From the NCBI GenBank assembly GCA_963760125.1, contig CAVXBV010000007.1, positions 577,613 to 641,612 of the forward strand: a stretch of 64,000 nucleotides of DNA, written 5' to 3'. Below, piece after piece: positions 1-9,253 of the stretch. Position numbers and translations under genes: made by a program. Under the pieces are notes generated by a model, which made no database searches, was not told where the DNA came from, and worked only from the letters and a program-made list of their open reading frames with translations. How positions within the stretch are numbered: the first letter of the stretch is position 1; each line of letters starts with the position of its first letter. The stretch is from an uncultured Actinomycetota bacterium. GTDB lineage: Bacteria > Actinomycetota > Actinomycetes > Mycobacteriales > SCTD01.

Positions 1-93
1 CTTTGCGTCGGCCCGACGACGAACCGCAGAAGGGTCTGCATGGCGCCCTCGCGCCGTCTCCGCAACGGCATGAGGGTGGCCGTCGTGTCGCGG

Positions 94-1323
94 CTAGGCG
101 TCCCATCCCGGGACGAGCTCCCGGGCCAGCTGCTCGAGGAACAGCCCGATGTCGGTGACGATCCCGACGGCCTGCGCGGAGCCACGGTCGGCCAGCTTGG
201 TCACGGTTGCCGGGTTGATGTCGACCGAGACCAGCGGGATCGAGGCTGGCAGGATGTTCCCGGTCGCGATCGAGTGGAGCATCGTCGCGACCATGATGGC
301 GAACCCGACACCGGGCAGCTCGGCGCGCATGGCCCGCTGACCGACGATGACGTCGGTGTACACGTCGGGGAGGGGACCGTCGTCCCGGACCGAACCGACC
401 AGCACGTAGGACTTCCCGCCCTTGACGAGCGCGTGCATGATGCCGCTCCTCAGGACGCCCTGTTCGACCGCGGCAGCGATCGAGCCGCAGCGCCGGATCG
501 TGTTGATCGCCCTGATGTGGTGCTCATGGCCGTGCTCGACGCCCTTGCCGTGCGACAGGTCGACTCCCAGCGAGGTGCCGTAGAGGGCGCTCTCGATGTC
601 GTGGGTAGCCAGGGCGTTGCCGGCAAACAGCACGTCGACGTACCCGGCCTCGACGAGCGCCGTGAAGGCAGGCGCAGCACCGGTGTGCACGATGCCGGGG
701 CCTCCGACCCACAGCACCTTCTGGCCTTCGGCCTTGACCTCGCGCATCGACGTCGCGATCTGCCGGACCATCATCGCCTGCGGCTTCTCCGAGGAGACCG
801 ACGAGCTCATGAACTCGAAGCTGTCCTCGCTGGTGCTGTGCTCGCGGATCGGCAGCACCACCTTGACGCCCGAGGCCCCGCAGACGACCTCGTCGCCGGC
901 ACGGACGTCGGAGACCGGCACCGTGCGGATCCGGTCACCGGTCACGAGCAGGCCGCAGTCCATCTCGGGTTGCTCGACCGGGATCCACTGACCGTCCAGG
1001 CGCACCACGGTCTCGAGGTTGGTCGTCGAGTAGAAGTCCTCGGGGAACACCCCGTCCCGGTCGCACGGCTTCGTGACGGCCTCACCCGGGTCGATCTGGT
1101 TCACGCCGTGGATCTGCAGGCGCATCAGCAGGCGCTGGAGGCTGTCGTTGTCGTCGGCCGAGACCACGATCCGGGCGTACGACTCGTCCTCGTGGCGCTT
1201 GCCCACGTCGAGGCGGTCGATCCGGTAGTCACCGCCGTAGGCGAGCACGTCGTCCAGGACGGAGGCGAGCACCCCGGAGTCCATCAGGTGGCCGCGGGTC
1301 TCGAGGGTCTCGCTGACGGTCAC
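94..1323 (-). CDS. TIGR00300-family protein (LOR/SDH conserved-region homologue)
   Basis: Last 410 codons of track ORF 94..2184. GTG at 1323 is preceded by GGAG. Protein-like sequence starts there (VTVSETLETRGHLMDSGVL...), and the upstream part of the ORF is R/G/P junk overlapping the next gene. Family call is from remembered blocks (LFAGNALATHDIE, SVDINPATVTKL). Confidence 0.7.
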   Translation of the reverse strand: MTVSETLETRGHLMDSGVLASVLDDVLAYGGDYRIDRLDVGKRHEDESYARIVVSADDNDSLQRLLMRLQIHGVNQIDPGEAVTKPCDRDGVFPEDFYSTTNLETVVRLDGQWIPVEQPEMDCGLLVTGDRIRTVPVSDVRAGDEVVCGASGVKVVLPIREHSTSEDSFEFMSSSVSSEKPQAMMVRQIATSMREVKAEGQKVLWVGGPGIVHTGAAPAFTALVEAGYVDVLFAGNALATHDIESALYGTSLGVDLSHGKGVEHGHEHHIRAINTIRRCGSIAAAVEQGVLRSGIMHALVKGGKSYVLVGSVRDDGPLPDVYTDVIVGQRAMRAELPGVGFAIMVATMLHSIATGNILPASIPLVSVDINPATVTKLADRGSAQAVGIVTDIGLFLEQLARELVPGWDA

Positions 1324-1352
1324 GCAGGCGCTCCAAGGGTCGGTCCGACGGG

Positions 1353-2240
1353 TCAGACGACGGCCCCGTCCTCGGGACCGTCGTCGCCTCGAGCATCGCG
1401 CATCGACGCGACCAGCAGGGCGCCGCCCCCTCCCGTCAGCAGCATCCCGAGCATCAGCCACAGGGGGGAGTCGTCGAACCCGATCTGGAACGGGGCGAAC
1501 GTCAGCGCGAGTCCGAACAGCAGCACGCCGACCGCGAAGGCGGTGCGCAGCCGTGGCCGCGGGACCTTGGGGGCGGGGGGCGGCTGGAAGTGTCCCTCGT
1601 CCTCGAGCGCGTCGGGCTCCACCCAAGACGGCAGGGCCTCCTCGTCGGCCGTGCGGTCGGACCGCCGGCGGGTCGCCTCGGCAGGAGGCGTGGCGCGCGT
1701 GTCGGGCACGTCCTCGGCAACGGGCCAGCGCGCCACCGGTTCGTCGACGGACAAGGAGAACCCGGCCACGATCTGCTGGAACAGGTCGTCGTCGCTCGGC
1801 GTGGCGTCCCCGGCCCGAGGGGGGAGGTCGGGGCTCGCCGCGGCTGGCGGGGCGGGTCGACCGGGCAGGACCGGCGGTTGGAGGACACGCACGGCGGCGG
1901 TCCGGGGTACCGGCCGCACGAGGTCGTGCGCCGTCGCCCCGGGCTCGACCTCCGAGAGGAGCGCCGTCAGGTCCGCCACCTCGCTGCTCACGACGCCGCG
2001 CGCGAGATCGGCGCGCGACGGGGACACCCAGAGCCGGTCGAGCGGACGCTGTGGCAGCGTGGACGCGCGGGTGTAGCTGTCCACGTCCTGGGCCGGCTCG
2101 ACGTACGCCGGGACGCCCTCGGCGGCCAGGGAGTCCAGCAGAGCCTCGGACAGGCGGGGGTCGATGTCGACCAGCGCTCCCCACTCGGCAGAGGGCAGCC
2201 CGTTGTCCCGCCGGCCGTGGGGAGGGTGTGCGCTGGTCAC
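1353..2240 (-). CDS. hypothetical Pro/Asp-rich protein with two C-terminal membrane helices
   Basis: Track ORF 1353..2390. The likely start is GTG 2240, 4 nt after the upstream gene stop. C-terminal hydrophobic segments FAVGVLLFGLALTFAPF and LWLMLGMLLTGGGGALLVA. No family recognised and the start is uncertain. Confidence 0.5.
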   Translation of the reverse strand: MTSAHPPHGRRDNGLPSAEWGALVDIDPRLSEALLDSLAAEGVPAYVEPAQDVDSYTRASTLPQRPLDRLWVSPSRADLARGVVSSEVADLTALLSEVEPGATAHDLVRPVPRTAAVRVLQPPVLPGRPAPPAAASPDLPPRAGDATPSDDDLFQQIVAGFSLSVDEPVARWPVAEDVPDTRATPPAEATRRRSDRTADEEALPSWVEPDALEDEGHFQPPPAPKVPRPRLRTAFAVGVLLFGLALTFAPFQIGFDDSPLWLMLGMLLTGGGGALLVASMRDARGDDGPEDGAVV

Positions 2241-2244
2241 GACG

Positions 2245-3003
2245 TCAGCCGGCGGCCGCGGGGGCGTGCGCGCGTACGAAGTCCAGCGAACCCGCGAAGA
2301 TCTCGGGGGCGTCGTTGTCCAGCGTGGCGACGTGGTAGCTGTTGAGCAGCACCCGCTCCTCAGCCTGCACACAGCCCTTGAGCAGCTCACGACCCGACAC
2401 CGGCTCCACGACGTGGTCCTCGGCGGACCGGTAGACGAGGACGGGGCAGGTGATCTTGGGCAGGTCGCGGCGTACGTCCGGCCAGGCCTGCTGGAGCGAC
2501 AGCGCGGCCTTCAGGCCGAGCTTCGGGTAGGCCAGCTCGGTCACGCCGGGCTTCTTGATGTCGTTGCCGACGCCGGGGTAGGACGGGAGGACGCGTGCCA
2601 GCAGCGGCAGCAGCTTGGCGTCGAAGCGCTCCGTCGCGAGGCTGGCGTTGACGACGACGATGCCGGCAAGGTCCGGGTGCTGCTCGGCGAGGCGCAGCAC
2701 GAGCGTGCCGCCCATCGACAGGCCCATCGCGAACACCGTGTCGCAGCGTCCGCGCAGGTCCTCGAGGGAGCGCTCGACCTCGGCGTACCAATCGGCCCAA
2801 CGCGTCGTGTTCTGGTCCTTGATGGTGGTGCCGTGCCCGGGCAGGCGAGGGGCCACGACCGTGAGGCCGGCGGCGTGCAGGTGCTCGGCCCAGGGGCGCA
2901 TCGACTGCGTGGTGCCGGTGAAGCCGTGGCTGAGCAGGACACCGACCCGGCTCCCGGGGAGGTCGATGGGCTCAGCGCCGGGCAGCACGTCAGGGGTGGG
3001 CAC
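2245..3003 (-). CDS. alpha/beta hydrolase (carboxylesterase / monoacylglycerol-lipase-like)
   Basis: C-terminal 252 codons of track ORF 2245..3915. GTG 3003 is preceded by GAGAGGA. Has HGFTG oxyanion motif and the nucleophile elbow GLSMGG. The upstream part of the ORF is antisense to plsC. Confidence 0.8.
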   Translation of the reverse strand: MPTPDVLPGAEPIDLPGSRVGVLLSHGFTGTTQSMRPWAEHLHAAGLTVVAPRLPGHGTTIKDQNTTRWADWYAEVERSLEDLRGRCDTVFAMGLSMGGTLVLRLAEQHPDLAGIVVVNASLATERFDAKLLPLLARVLPSYPGVGNDIKKPGVTELAYPKLGLKAALSLQQAWPDVRRDLPKITCPVLVYRSAEDHVVEPVSGRELLKGCVQAEERVLLNSYHVATLDNDAPEIFAGSLDFVRAHAPAAAG

Positions 3004-3147
3004 GTGGAGGGTCCTCTCGCGGGGGGTGCGGCTAGATCGTCGCACGCCGGGCCCGGGGGTGGGAGGTGTCACCCTGGAGGATCGTTGCCGCCGCACCCCC
3101 GCGCGGCCTACTGTCGGGTCTCCACAACAGCCGGGCAGGGGTGACGC

Positions 3148-3888
3148 GTGTTCTACTGGGTCGTCAAGGCGATCTTGACGCCCATCCTCAGGACCCTGTT
3201 CAGGCCGTGGGTGGAGGGCGAGGAGCACCTGCCCCTCGAGGGTGGCGCCATCCTGGCGAGCAACCACCTGTCGTTCAGCGACTCCATCTTCCTCCCGCTC
3301 AAGGTCACGCGGCGCGTGACCTTCCTCGCCAAGGCCGACTACTTCACCGGCCGGGGACTCAAGGGCAAGCTCACCAAGGGCTTCTTCGCGGGCGTCGGTC
3401 AGGTGCCGATCGACCGCTCCGGCGGCGCCGCGTCCGAGGCTGCGTTGAGCACCGCCAAGCGCATCCTCGCCGAGGGCAAGCTGCTCGGCCTCTACCCGGA
3501 GGGCACCCGCAGCCCCGACGGCCGCCTCTACCGCGGCAAGACCGGTGTGGCGCGCATGGCCCTCGAGGCCGGCGTGCCCGTCATCCCGGTCGCCATGATC
3601 AACACCGACGTCGTCCAGCCGACCGGCAAGAAGATCCCGCGCCTCGGCCGCGTCGGCATCCGCATCGGTGCGCCGCTCGACTTCAGCAGGTACGCCGGGA
3701 TGGAGGGCGACCGGTTCGTGCTCCGGTCGATCACCGACGAGATCATGTATGAGCTCATGCTGCTGTCGGGCCAGGAGTACGTCGACACCTACGCCACCAA
3801 GGCCAAGGCCGACATCGAGCAGGCCAAGGCCGCCGCCAACGAGGCGCTCGTGTCCGAGGCCTCCCCGCCGCAGCGCCGGGCCAGCTGA
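3148..3888 (+). CDS. plsC: 1-acyl-sn-glycerol-3-phosphate acyltransferase
   Basis: Track ORF with GTG start. Acyltransferase motifs NHLSFSD (H-x4-D) and YPEGTRS are present. Confidence 0.85.
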   Translation: MFYWVVKAILTPILRTLFRPWVEGEEHLPLEGGAILASNHLSFSDSIFLPLKVTRRVTFLAKADYFTGRGLKGKLTKGFFAGVGQVPIDRSGGAASEAALSTAKRILAEGKLLGLYPEGTRSPDGRLYRGKTGVARMALEAGVPVIPVAMINTDVVQPTGKKIPRLGRVGIRIGAPLDFSRYAGMEGDRFVLRSITDEIMYELMLLSGQEYVDTYATKAKADIEQAKAAANEALVSEASPPQRRAS

Positions 3889-3956
3889 GCCTGCGCCCGT
3901 CCCGCTCCGCTCCAACTCGCGAGCGGCTCGACAGCGCGCTGTGGCGCGCGGTCGCG

Positions 3957-4979
3957 GTGTTCCGGCTCGCGGCGCTCGCCTACGCCGTCGGCAGCGCGCT
4001 CGCCCGGCAGGACCGCTTCACCTCTCCTCGCCTGGCAGCGCTCGTCCTGGCGGGCATGGCTGCCTGGACCGTCCTTCTCGTCGTACGACGTGAGCTGGCC
4101 CGCGGGTGGTTGCTGAGCGACCTCGCGGTTGCCCTGGCGTGCCAGCAGGCAACCGTGCTGGTCCTGTCCGAGGCCCAGGTGCGCGCAGGGGAGCCGACCC
4201 TGACGGTGTCCTGGGCGGCTGTCCCGGTCGCGGCGTGGGCAGTCCGGTGGGGCTGGCGGGGCGGTGGGGTGGCGGGCCTGGTCGTGGCGGCTGGTGCCGT
4301 CGTGGAGCGGCAGGGGGCGTCGCAGGCGACGGTCAACTCGTGCGTGCTCCTGGTGCTGCTGGGAGGCGTCGTGGGCTACCTCGTGCAGGTCGCACGCCGG
4401 GCCGAGGCGGCGTATGCCGAGGCGGTGCGTCGTGGGGCGGAGACCGCAGAGCGGGAACGCCTGGCGCGCGAGGTCCACGACGGCGTCCTGCAGACGCTGG
4501 CGCTGGTCGCGCGGCGGTCGACCGACCCGGACCTGGTGAGCCTCGCCACGGGGCAGGAGCAGGCCTTGCGCAGGCTGGTGGCTGGTCCGGCTCCCGTGGC
4601 GTCGGGCGCGTCCGATGTGCGGGGACTGCTGCCCGCGCGGCCGGGAGTCGAGGTGGCCGCACCCGCCGGGCCCGTGACGCTGCCCGCGGCCGTCGCGCGG
4701 GAACTTGCCGCTGCGGTTGCCGCAGCCGTCGACAACGCGCTGGTCCACGGCGGTGGCGCTGCCTGGGTGCTGATCGAGGACCTCGGGGACGAGGTCGTCG
4801 TGTCCGTGCGGGACGACGGACCCGGTATCGCCTCGGGGCGCCTGCAGGAGGCCGTCACGCAGGGCCGAATGGGACACGCCCGATCGGTCGTCGGACGGAT
4901 GGAGGACCTGGGTGGGAGCGTGTCTGTCGTGAGCGCACCCGGACAGGGGACGGAGGTCGAGCTGCATGTCCCACGCTGA
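3957..4979 (+). CDS. sensor histidine kinase, HisKA_3 type (MacS-like)
   Basis: N-terminal hydrophobic helices, H-box REVHDGVLQTL, and HATPase blocks DNALVHG, RDDGPGI, GQGTEVEL. It overlaps the downstream response regulator gene by 14 nt. The start could be slightly further upstream. Confidence 0.75.
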   Translation: MFRLAALAYAVGSALARQDRFTSPRLAALVLAGMAAWTVLLVVRRELARGWLLSDLAVALACQQATVLVLSEAQVRAGEPTLTVSWAAVPVAAWAVRWGWRGGGVAGLVVAAGAVVERQGASQATVNSCVLLVLLGGVVGYLVQVARRAEAAYAEAVRRGAETAERERLAREVHDGVLQTLALVARRSTDPDLVSLATGQEQALRRLVAGPAPVASGASDVRGLLPARPGVEVAAPAGPVTLPAAVARELAAAVAAAVDNALVHGGGAAWVLIEDLGDEVVVSVRDDGPGIASGRLQEAVTQGRMGHARSVVGRMEDLGGSVSVVSAPGQGTEVELHVPR

Positions 4980-5598
4980 CCTGCGGGTGGTCGTCGCCGA
5001 CGACCACCCGATCTGGCGCGATGCCGTGGAGCGCGATCTCGCCGCGGCGGGGCTGTCGGTCGTCGGCACCGCGGGTGACGGGGAGAAGGCCGTGCGGGTG
5101 TGCACCGCGGTCGCGCCGGACGTGCTCGTCTGCGACCTGCAGATGCCGGGGCTGTCCGGGGTACAGGTCACCGCTGCCGTCGTACCCCTCGGGGTGAAGG
5201 TGCTCGTGCTGTCGGCGAGCGGGGAGCAGGAGGACGTCCTCGAAGCCGTCAAGGCCGGCGCGACCGGCTACCTGCTGAAGTCCGCGCAGGCACCGGAGCT
5301 CGTCGACGCGGTGCGTAAGACCGCCGCGGGGGAGGCGGTCTTCACCGCGGGGCTGGCCGGGCTGGTGCTGGGGGAGTACCGCCGTACGTCGGAGGACGCC
5401 GCCGCGCCCAAGCTGACCGCGCGGGAGACCGACGTGCTGCGACTGGTGGCCAAGGGGCTCACGGCCAAGCAGGTCGCGGAGCGGCTGACCCTGTCGCACC
5501 GGACCGTCGAGAACCACGTGCAGAACACGTTGACCAAGCTGGCACTGCACAACCGCTCCCAGCTGGTCCGCTACGCCCTCGAGCAGGGGTTGGACTGA
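4966..5598 (+). CDS. response regulator, NarL/LuxR family
   Basis: Receiver domain (VVVADDHPIW, VCDLQMPG, KAGATGYLLK) followed by a LuxR HTH (LTARETDVLRLVAKGLTAKQVAERLTLSHRTVENHV). Confidence 0.85.
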   Translation: MSHADLRVVVADDHPIWRDAVERDLAAAGLSVVGTAGDGEKAVRVCTAVAPDVLVCDLQMPGLSGVQVTAAVVPLGVKVLVLSASGEQEDVLEAVKAGATGYLLKSAQAPELVDAVRKTAAGEAVFTAGLAGLVLGEYRRTSEDAAAPKLTARETDVLRLVAKGLTAKQVAERLTLSHRTVENHVQNTLTKLALHNRSQLVRYALEQGLD

Positions 5599-5617
5599 CC
5601 GTGGCGAAGACCTCGAG

Positions 5618-6484
5618 GTGACCCAGATGCTCGTGCGGCCGGCCGCTCCGCCGGTGATCGTGCCGCCCCGAGCGCTCAGGCTGCGCTTCTGGGTGCTGGG
5701 CCTGCGCCTGCCCGAGCCGTACCGCCCGTGGGCGGCCCAGCAGATCACCGACCCGCAGTACCTGCGCCGCCGCAGCGTCGGGATGCTCGGGCTGCTCGTG
5801 TTCTGGGTGCCAGCCCTGGCGCTGCTGACAGCCGGCGACGGGTCCGTGTTCCTTCTCGCCGGACCGGTCGGGGTGGTGCTGGGTGCCCTGCTGCAGGCCC
5901 GGCGACCGCTGCGCCCCTCGCAGCGCGACCTGCTGCTCGCCTACCAGGGGGTCACCGCCCACGGCCGGCTGGTGACTCCCCTCACCTGGCGCCAGACGAT
6001 GGTGCGCGCGGGCGGTGGCAATCCGCTGGGCACGGTGGGTCTGGTGTTGTTCGTCGCGCAACTGTTGTTGGTGGGCTCGGGGGCTGCGGTCGTCTTCGAC
6101 CACTACGCCGCGTCCGACCGCTGCCGGAGCGTGCCTGCAGAGACCGCGCAGACCGTTCGGGTGACGCTCGGCAGGCCGATCCCCAACGACCCGCGCCCGA
6201 CCGACGACCTCGGGGTCGGCGCGACGTTGCGGGACCTGCGTGAGGTCCACACCACCTTCCCCGGCATCACCTATGTCGCGGCGCAGGTGCGGTCAGCCGA
6301 CGGTCAGGACCTCGGCCCCGCCATGTGGCGGGTCATCGCGGCGGGCGCGACGTTCGACCTGCCCACGCCGTCGGTCGACGCCGGGAACGCCCTCGCGCAC
6401 CGGCTCAGTCCCTCGTCCGGCTTCTTCACCGCGACCTCGGACGCAGCGGCCGACAAGGCCCTGGAGTGCAGCCGGAAGGCGTGA
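5618..6484 (+). CDS. hypothetical membrane protein
   Basis: Track ORF starting 19 nt after the response regulator gene. Several hydrophobic helices (MLGLLVFWVPALALL, VFLLAGPVGVVLGALL, VGLVLFVAQLLLVGSGAAVV) precede a soluble C-terminal half. No family recognised. Confidence 0.5.
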   Translation: MTQMLVRPAAPPVIVPPRALRLRFWVLGLRLPEPYRPWAAQQITDPQYLRRRSVGMLGLLVFWVPALALLTAGDGSVFLLAGPVGVVLGALLQARRPLRPSQRDLLLAYQGVTAHGRLVTPLTWRQTMVRAGGGNPLGTVGLVLFVAQLLLVGSGAAVVFDHYAASDRCRSVPAETAQTVRVTLGRPIPNDPRPTDDLGVGATLRDLREVHTTFPGITYVAAQVRSADGQDLGPAMWRVIAAGATFDLPTPSVDAGNALAHRLSPSSGFFTATSDAAADKALECSRKA

Positions 6485-6485
6485 C

Positions 6486-7952
6486 TCAGCCCCAGCCGCG
6501 GCTGCGGTCCACGGCCACGAGCCAGCGGGCGTGCGTCCCGTCCTCCCGGACGCCGGCGACCGGCTCGAACCGGCGGTCGAGCCGCCAGGTGGCCACCAGC
6601 TCCTGCGGACTGGACCAGACGCCCGTCCCGAGACCGGCGAGGAACGCGGCGCCCAGCGCTGTCGTCTCGAGCACCTCGGGTCGCTGGACCGGCACGCCGA
6701 GCTGGTCGGCCTGCAACTGGCAGAGCAGGTCGTTGGCGCTCGCCCCGCCGTCGACCTGCAAGCAGGGCACCTCGCAGCCTGCCTCGCTCGTGATCGCGTC
6801 GACGACGTCCCGCACCTCGAAGGCGATCGCGTCGAGGGTCGCCCGGGCCAGGTGGGCGCGGGTCGTCCCGCGGGTGATGCCGAGGACCGTCCCGCGCGCC
6901 TCCGGGTCCCAGTGCGGCGCGCCCAACCCGGTCAGGGCCGGGACGAACACCACCCCGCCGCTGTCGGGCACCTCGCGGGCGAGGCTCTCCACCTCGGTGG
7001 CGCTCTGGATGATCTGCAGCCCGTCGCGCAGCCACTGCACCGCCGCGCCGGTCACGAACACCGCCCCCTCGAGGGCGTAGGTGAGGGTGCCGTCCGGCGC
7101 CATCCACGCGACCGTGGTGAGCAGCCGCTCCGACAGCACCGGGGTGCTGCCGGTGTTGACCAGGACGAACGAGCCGGTCCCGTAGGTGCACTTGCTGCGG
7201 CCCTCGTCGTAGCAGCCCTGACCGAACAGCGCAGCCTGCTGGTCCCCGGCGATGCCGGCGATGGGCAGGTCCAGCCCGAGGAAGGCCGTGGGGTCCGTGC
7301 GTCCCGCTTCGCCGTACGACGGGACGATGCGGGGGAGCGCAGCCCGCGGGACGCCGAACAGCTCGCAGAGCTCGTCGGACCAGTCCCCGGTCCGCAGGTC
7401 GAACAGCAGGGTCCGGCTCGCGTTGCTGGCATCGGTGACGTGCAGGGCCCCGCCGGTCAGGCGCGCGATGACGTAGGAGTCGACGGTGCCGACTGCCGTA
7501 CGTCCCTCGGTGACGCCTTCCCAGACGGCGCGCTCGTGGCGGCTGATCCAGGCGAGCTTCGTGGCGGTGAAATAGGGGTCCAGGCGCAGCCCGGTGAGCT
7601 CGGCAACCCGGGGCTCGTGGCCCCCCTCTCGGAGGTGCTCACACAGCTGGCTGGTGCGCCGGTCCTGCCAGACGATCGCCCGCCGCGGGGGCTGCAGCGT
7701 CTGCCGGTCCCACAGCACTGCGGTCTCGCGCTGGTTGGTGAGGCCGACGGCGGTGACCGTGTGGCCGGCGAGCGCCGCACGGCAGGCCGAGACGACGGCG
7801 ACCCAGATCTCCTCGGGCTCGTGCTCGACCCAGCCGGGCTCGGGGAAGTGCTGGGCGAACTCCTGGTACCCCCGGTTGAGCACCCGCCCGTCCTCGCTCA
7901 CGACCAGCGCGGCCACGCCCGTGGTCCCGCAGTCGATGGCGAGCACGCTCAC
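6486..7952 (-). CDS. glpK: glycerol kinase (FGGY family)
   Basis: Full-length 488 aa with blocks AIDCGTTG, TNQRETAVLWD, WQDRRT, DPYFTATK. Its start overlaps the stop of the upstream DUF1028 gene by 4 nt. Confidence 0.85.
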   Translation of the reverse strand: MSVLAIDCGTTGVAALVVSEDGRVLNRGYQEFAQHFPEPGWVEHEPEEIWVAVVSACRAALAGHTVTAVGLTNQRETAVLWDRQTLQPPRRAIVWQDRRTSQLCEHLREGGHEPRVAELTGLRLDPYFTATKLAWISRHERAVWEGVTEGRTAVGTVDSYVIARLTGGALHVTDASNASRTLLFDLRTGDWSDELCELFGVPRAALPRIVPSYGEAGRTDPTAFLGLDLPIAGIAGDQQAALFGQGCYDEGRSKCTYGTGSFVLVNTGSTPVLSERLLTTVAWMAPDGTLTYALEGAVFVTGAAVQWLRDGLQIIQSATEVESLAREVPDSGGVVFVPALTGLGAPHWDPEARGTVLGITRGTTRAHLARATLDAIAFEVRDVVDAITSEAGCEVPCLQVDGGASANDLLCQLQADQLGVPVQRPEVLETTALGAAFLAGLGTGVWSSPQELVATWRLDRRFEPVAGVREDGTHARWLVAVDRSRGWG

Positions 7953-8746
7953 GCGGTGGCCTCGCGGAGCTTGGCCAGCACCACGACGTCAATGGCACCG
8001 GGAACCAGGCGCATCTCGTAGTTCTCCACCCCCGCCCACGCCTCGAGGTCCGGGTAGCCCAGCCGGGCCAGGCGCTCGGACACCTCGATCTCGAGGTCGC
8101 CCCGCAGCGTGAGGGTCCGCTCGGGGGAGCCGAAGTAGAGCGTGTGCAGGTCGAGGAGTCGACCGAGCTCGACGACAGGGTCGGTGTGGTCGTCGACGCG
8201 CAGGTCGACCAGCACGTCGGAGCCGCCGCCGTACCCGCCCGCCTCGGAGACGACGAGCAGCGCAGCGCTCTGCCGACCCCGCTTGTCCCCGCCGGCGCGG
8301 TCTCCGGCCAGCAGCGCCGCGGTCAGGCGCTGTGCCAGCGTGCCCGTGGCCGCCGCGAAGGCCTCGGCCAGGGCGTCGACGACCTCCGGGCCGGTGAGGA
8401 TGTTGCCCTGGGCGGCCCAGCCGTCACCGGTGCGCCCGCCGGCCCAGGGGTTGCACTCCGCGCCGGTGAAGGTCGCTGCCCCGCCGTCGCGGTCGACGGC
8501 GCCGGCCTGCCGCTGCGCGCGCCACGCATCAGCGTCGGTGAGGATCGAGAGGGCCTCCTCGGCGCTGTGGCCCGCGTCCAGGAGCGCCAGGCCGTCCGGT
8601 CGGTAGGCCAGGTTGGCGAACGACTGGGTGGCGATCGCCCCGACCCCCCAGCGGGCTGCGGGCACGGCGGCACCGACGGCCAAGAACTTGCTGGCCACCG
8701 CCACGCCCCACTGGTCGTCCTGCCGGGCCACGAGGGAGAAGGTCAT
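7949..8746 (-). CDS. DUF1028-family (Ntn-hydrolase-like) protein
   Basis: ATG start with N-terminus MTFSLVARQ..WGVAVASKF, typical of DUF1028 as I recall it. Translationally coupled to glpK. Confidence 0.7.
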   Translation of the reverse strand: MTFSLVARQDDQWGVAVASKFLAVGAAVPAARWGVGAIATQSFANLAYRPDGLALLDAGHSAEEALSILTDADAWRAQRQAGAVDRDGGAATFTGAECNPWAGGRTGDGWAAQGNILTGPEVVDALAEAFAAATGTLAQRLTAALLAGDRAGGDKRGRQSAALLVVSEAGGYGGGSDVLVDLRVDDHTDPVVELGRLLDLHTLYFGSPERTLTLRGDLEIEVSERLARLGYPDLEAWAGVENYEMRLVPGAIDVVVLAKLREATA

Positions 8747-8765
8747 GGGATGGCAGGGTAGGGCC

Positions 8766-9251
8766 GTGCGCTTCTTCTACGACCTCGAGTTCGGTGACAC
8801 GACCTCGGTCGTGTCCCTGGTGTCCATCGGTGTCGTCGCGGAGGACGGACGCGAGTACTACGCCGTGAGCTCAGAGTTCGACCCGCTCGCGGTCCACCCG
8901 TGGGTGGCCGACCACGTGCTGCCCCAGCTGCCGCCGACCTCGACCTGGAAGCCGCGGGCCGTCATCGCCTCCGAGCTGGTGGAGTTCTTCGGGGAGGCGC
9001 CGGTGTGGTGGGCCTGGTTCGGGGCCTACGACCACGTCACGCTGTGCCAGCTCTGGGGCGCGATGCCGTCGCTGCCCCGCCAGTTCCCCCGCTTCACCCT
9101 GGACGTGCGGCAGCTCTGGGAGCACCTGGGCAAGCCGCGCCTGCCGCAGCAGGAGTCGGGCCTGCACGACGCACTGGCGGACGCCCGTCACGTCCGCGTG
9201 AAGTACGACGCGCTGGCGGAGCGCGCCTACCAGCTGGGCCTGCTGGTCTGA
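8766..9251 (+). CDS. DEDD-type 3'-5' exoribonuclease (M. tuberculosis Rv2179c-like)
   Basis: VRFFYDLEFGD...LVSIGVVAEDGREYYAVSSEFDP...WAWFGAYDHVTLCQLWG...HDALADAR closely parallels the remembered Rv2179c sequence. I prefer GTG 8766. An in-frame ATG at 8745 is an alternative start. Confidence 0.75.
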   Translation: MRFFYDLEFGDTTSVVSLVSIGVVAEDGREYYAVSSEFDPLAVHPWVADHVLPQLPPTSTWKPRAVIASELVEFFGEAPVWWAWFGAYDHVTLCQLWGAMPSLPRQFPRFTLDVRQLWEHLGKPRLPQQESGLHDALADARHVRVKYDALAERAYQLGLLV

Positions 9252-9253
9252 GG

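Noticed and set aside
40-2076. Very long alternative-frame and antisense ORFs in the track (for example 40..2076 +, 6240..8021 +, 17347..19545 +, 28018..30183 +, 41789..43813 -, 46750..48471 +).
   Set aside because: Their translations are Arg/Gly/Pro/Ala-rich low-complexity strings with no recognisable motifs. Each lies opposite or out of frame to a gene with clear family signatures. This is the expected shadow-ORF effect in very GC-rich DNA.
3017-3107. An imperfect long-range inverted repeat (CGCGGGGGGTGCGGC ... GCCGCACCCCCGCG) in the hydrolase/plsC divergent region.
   Set aside because: The arms are imperfect low-complexity G/C runs about 60 nt apart, with no clear link to either transcript.
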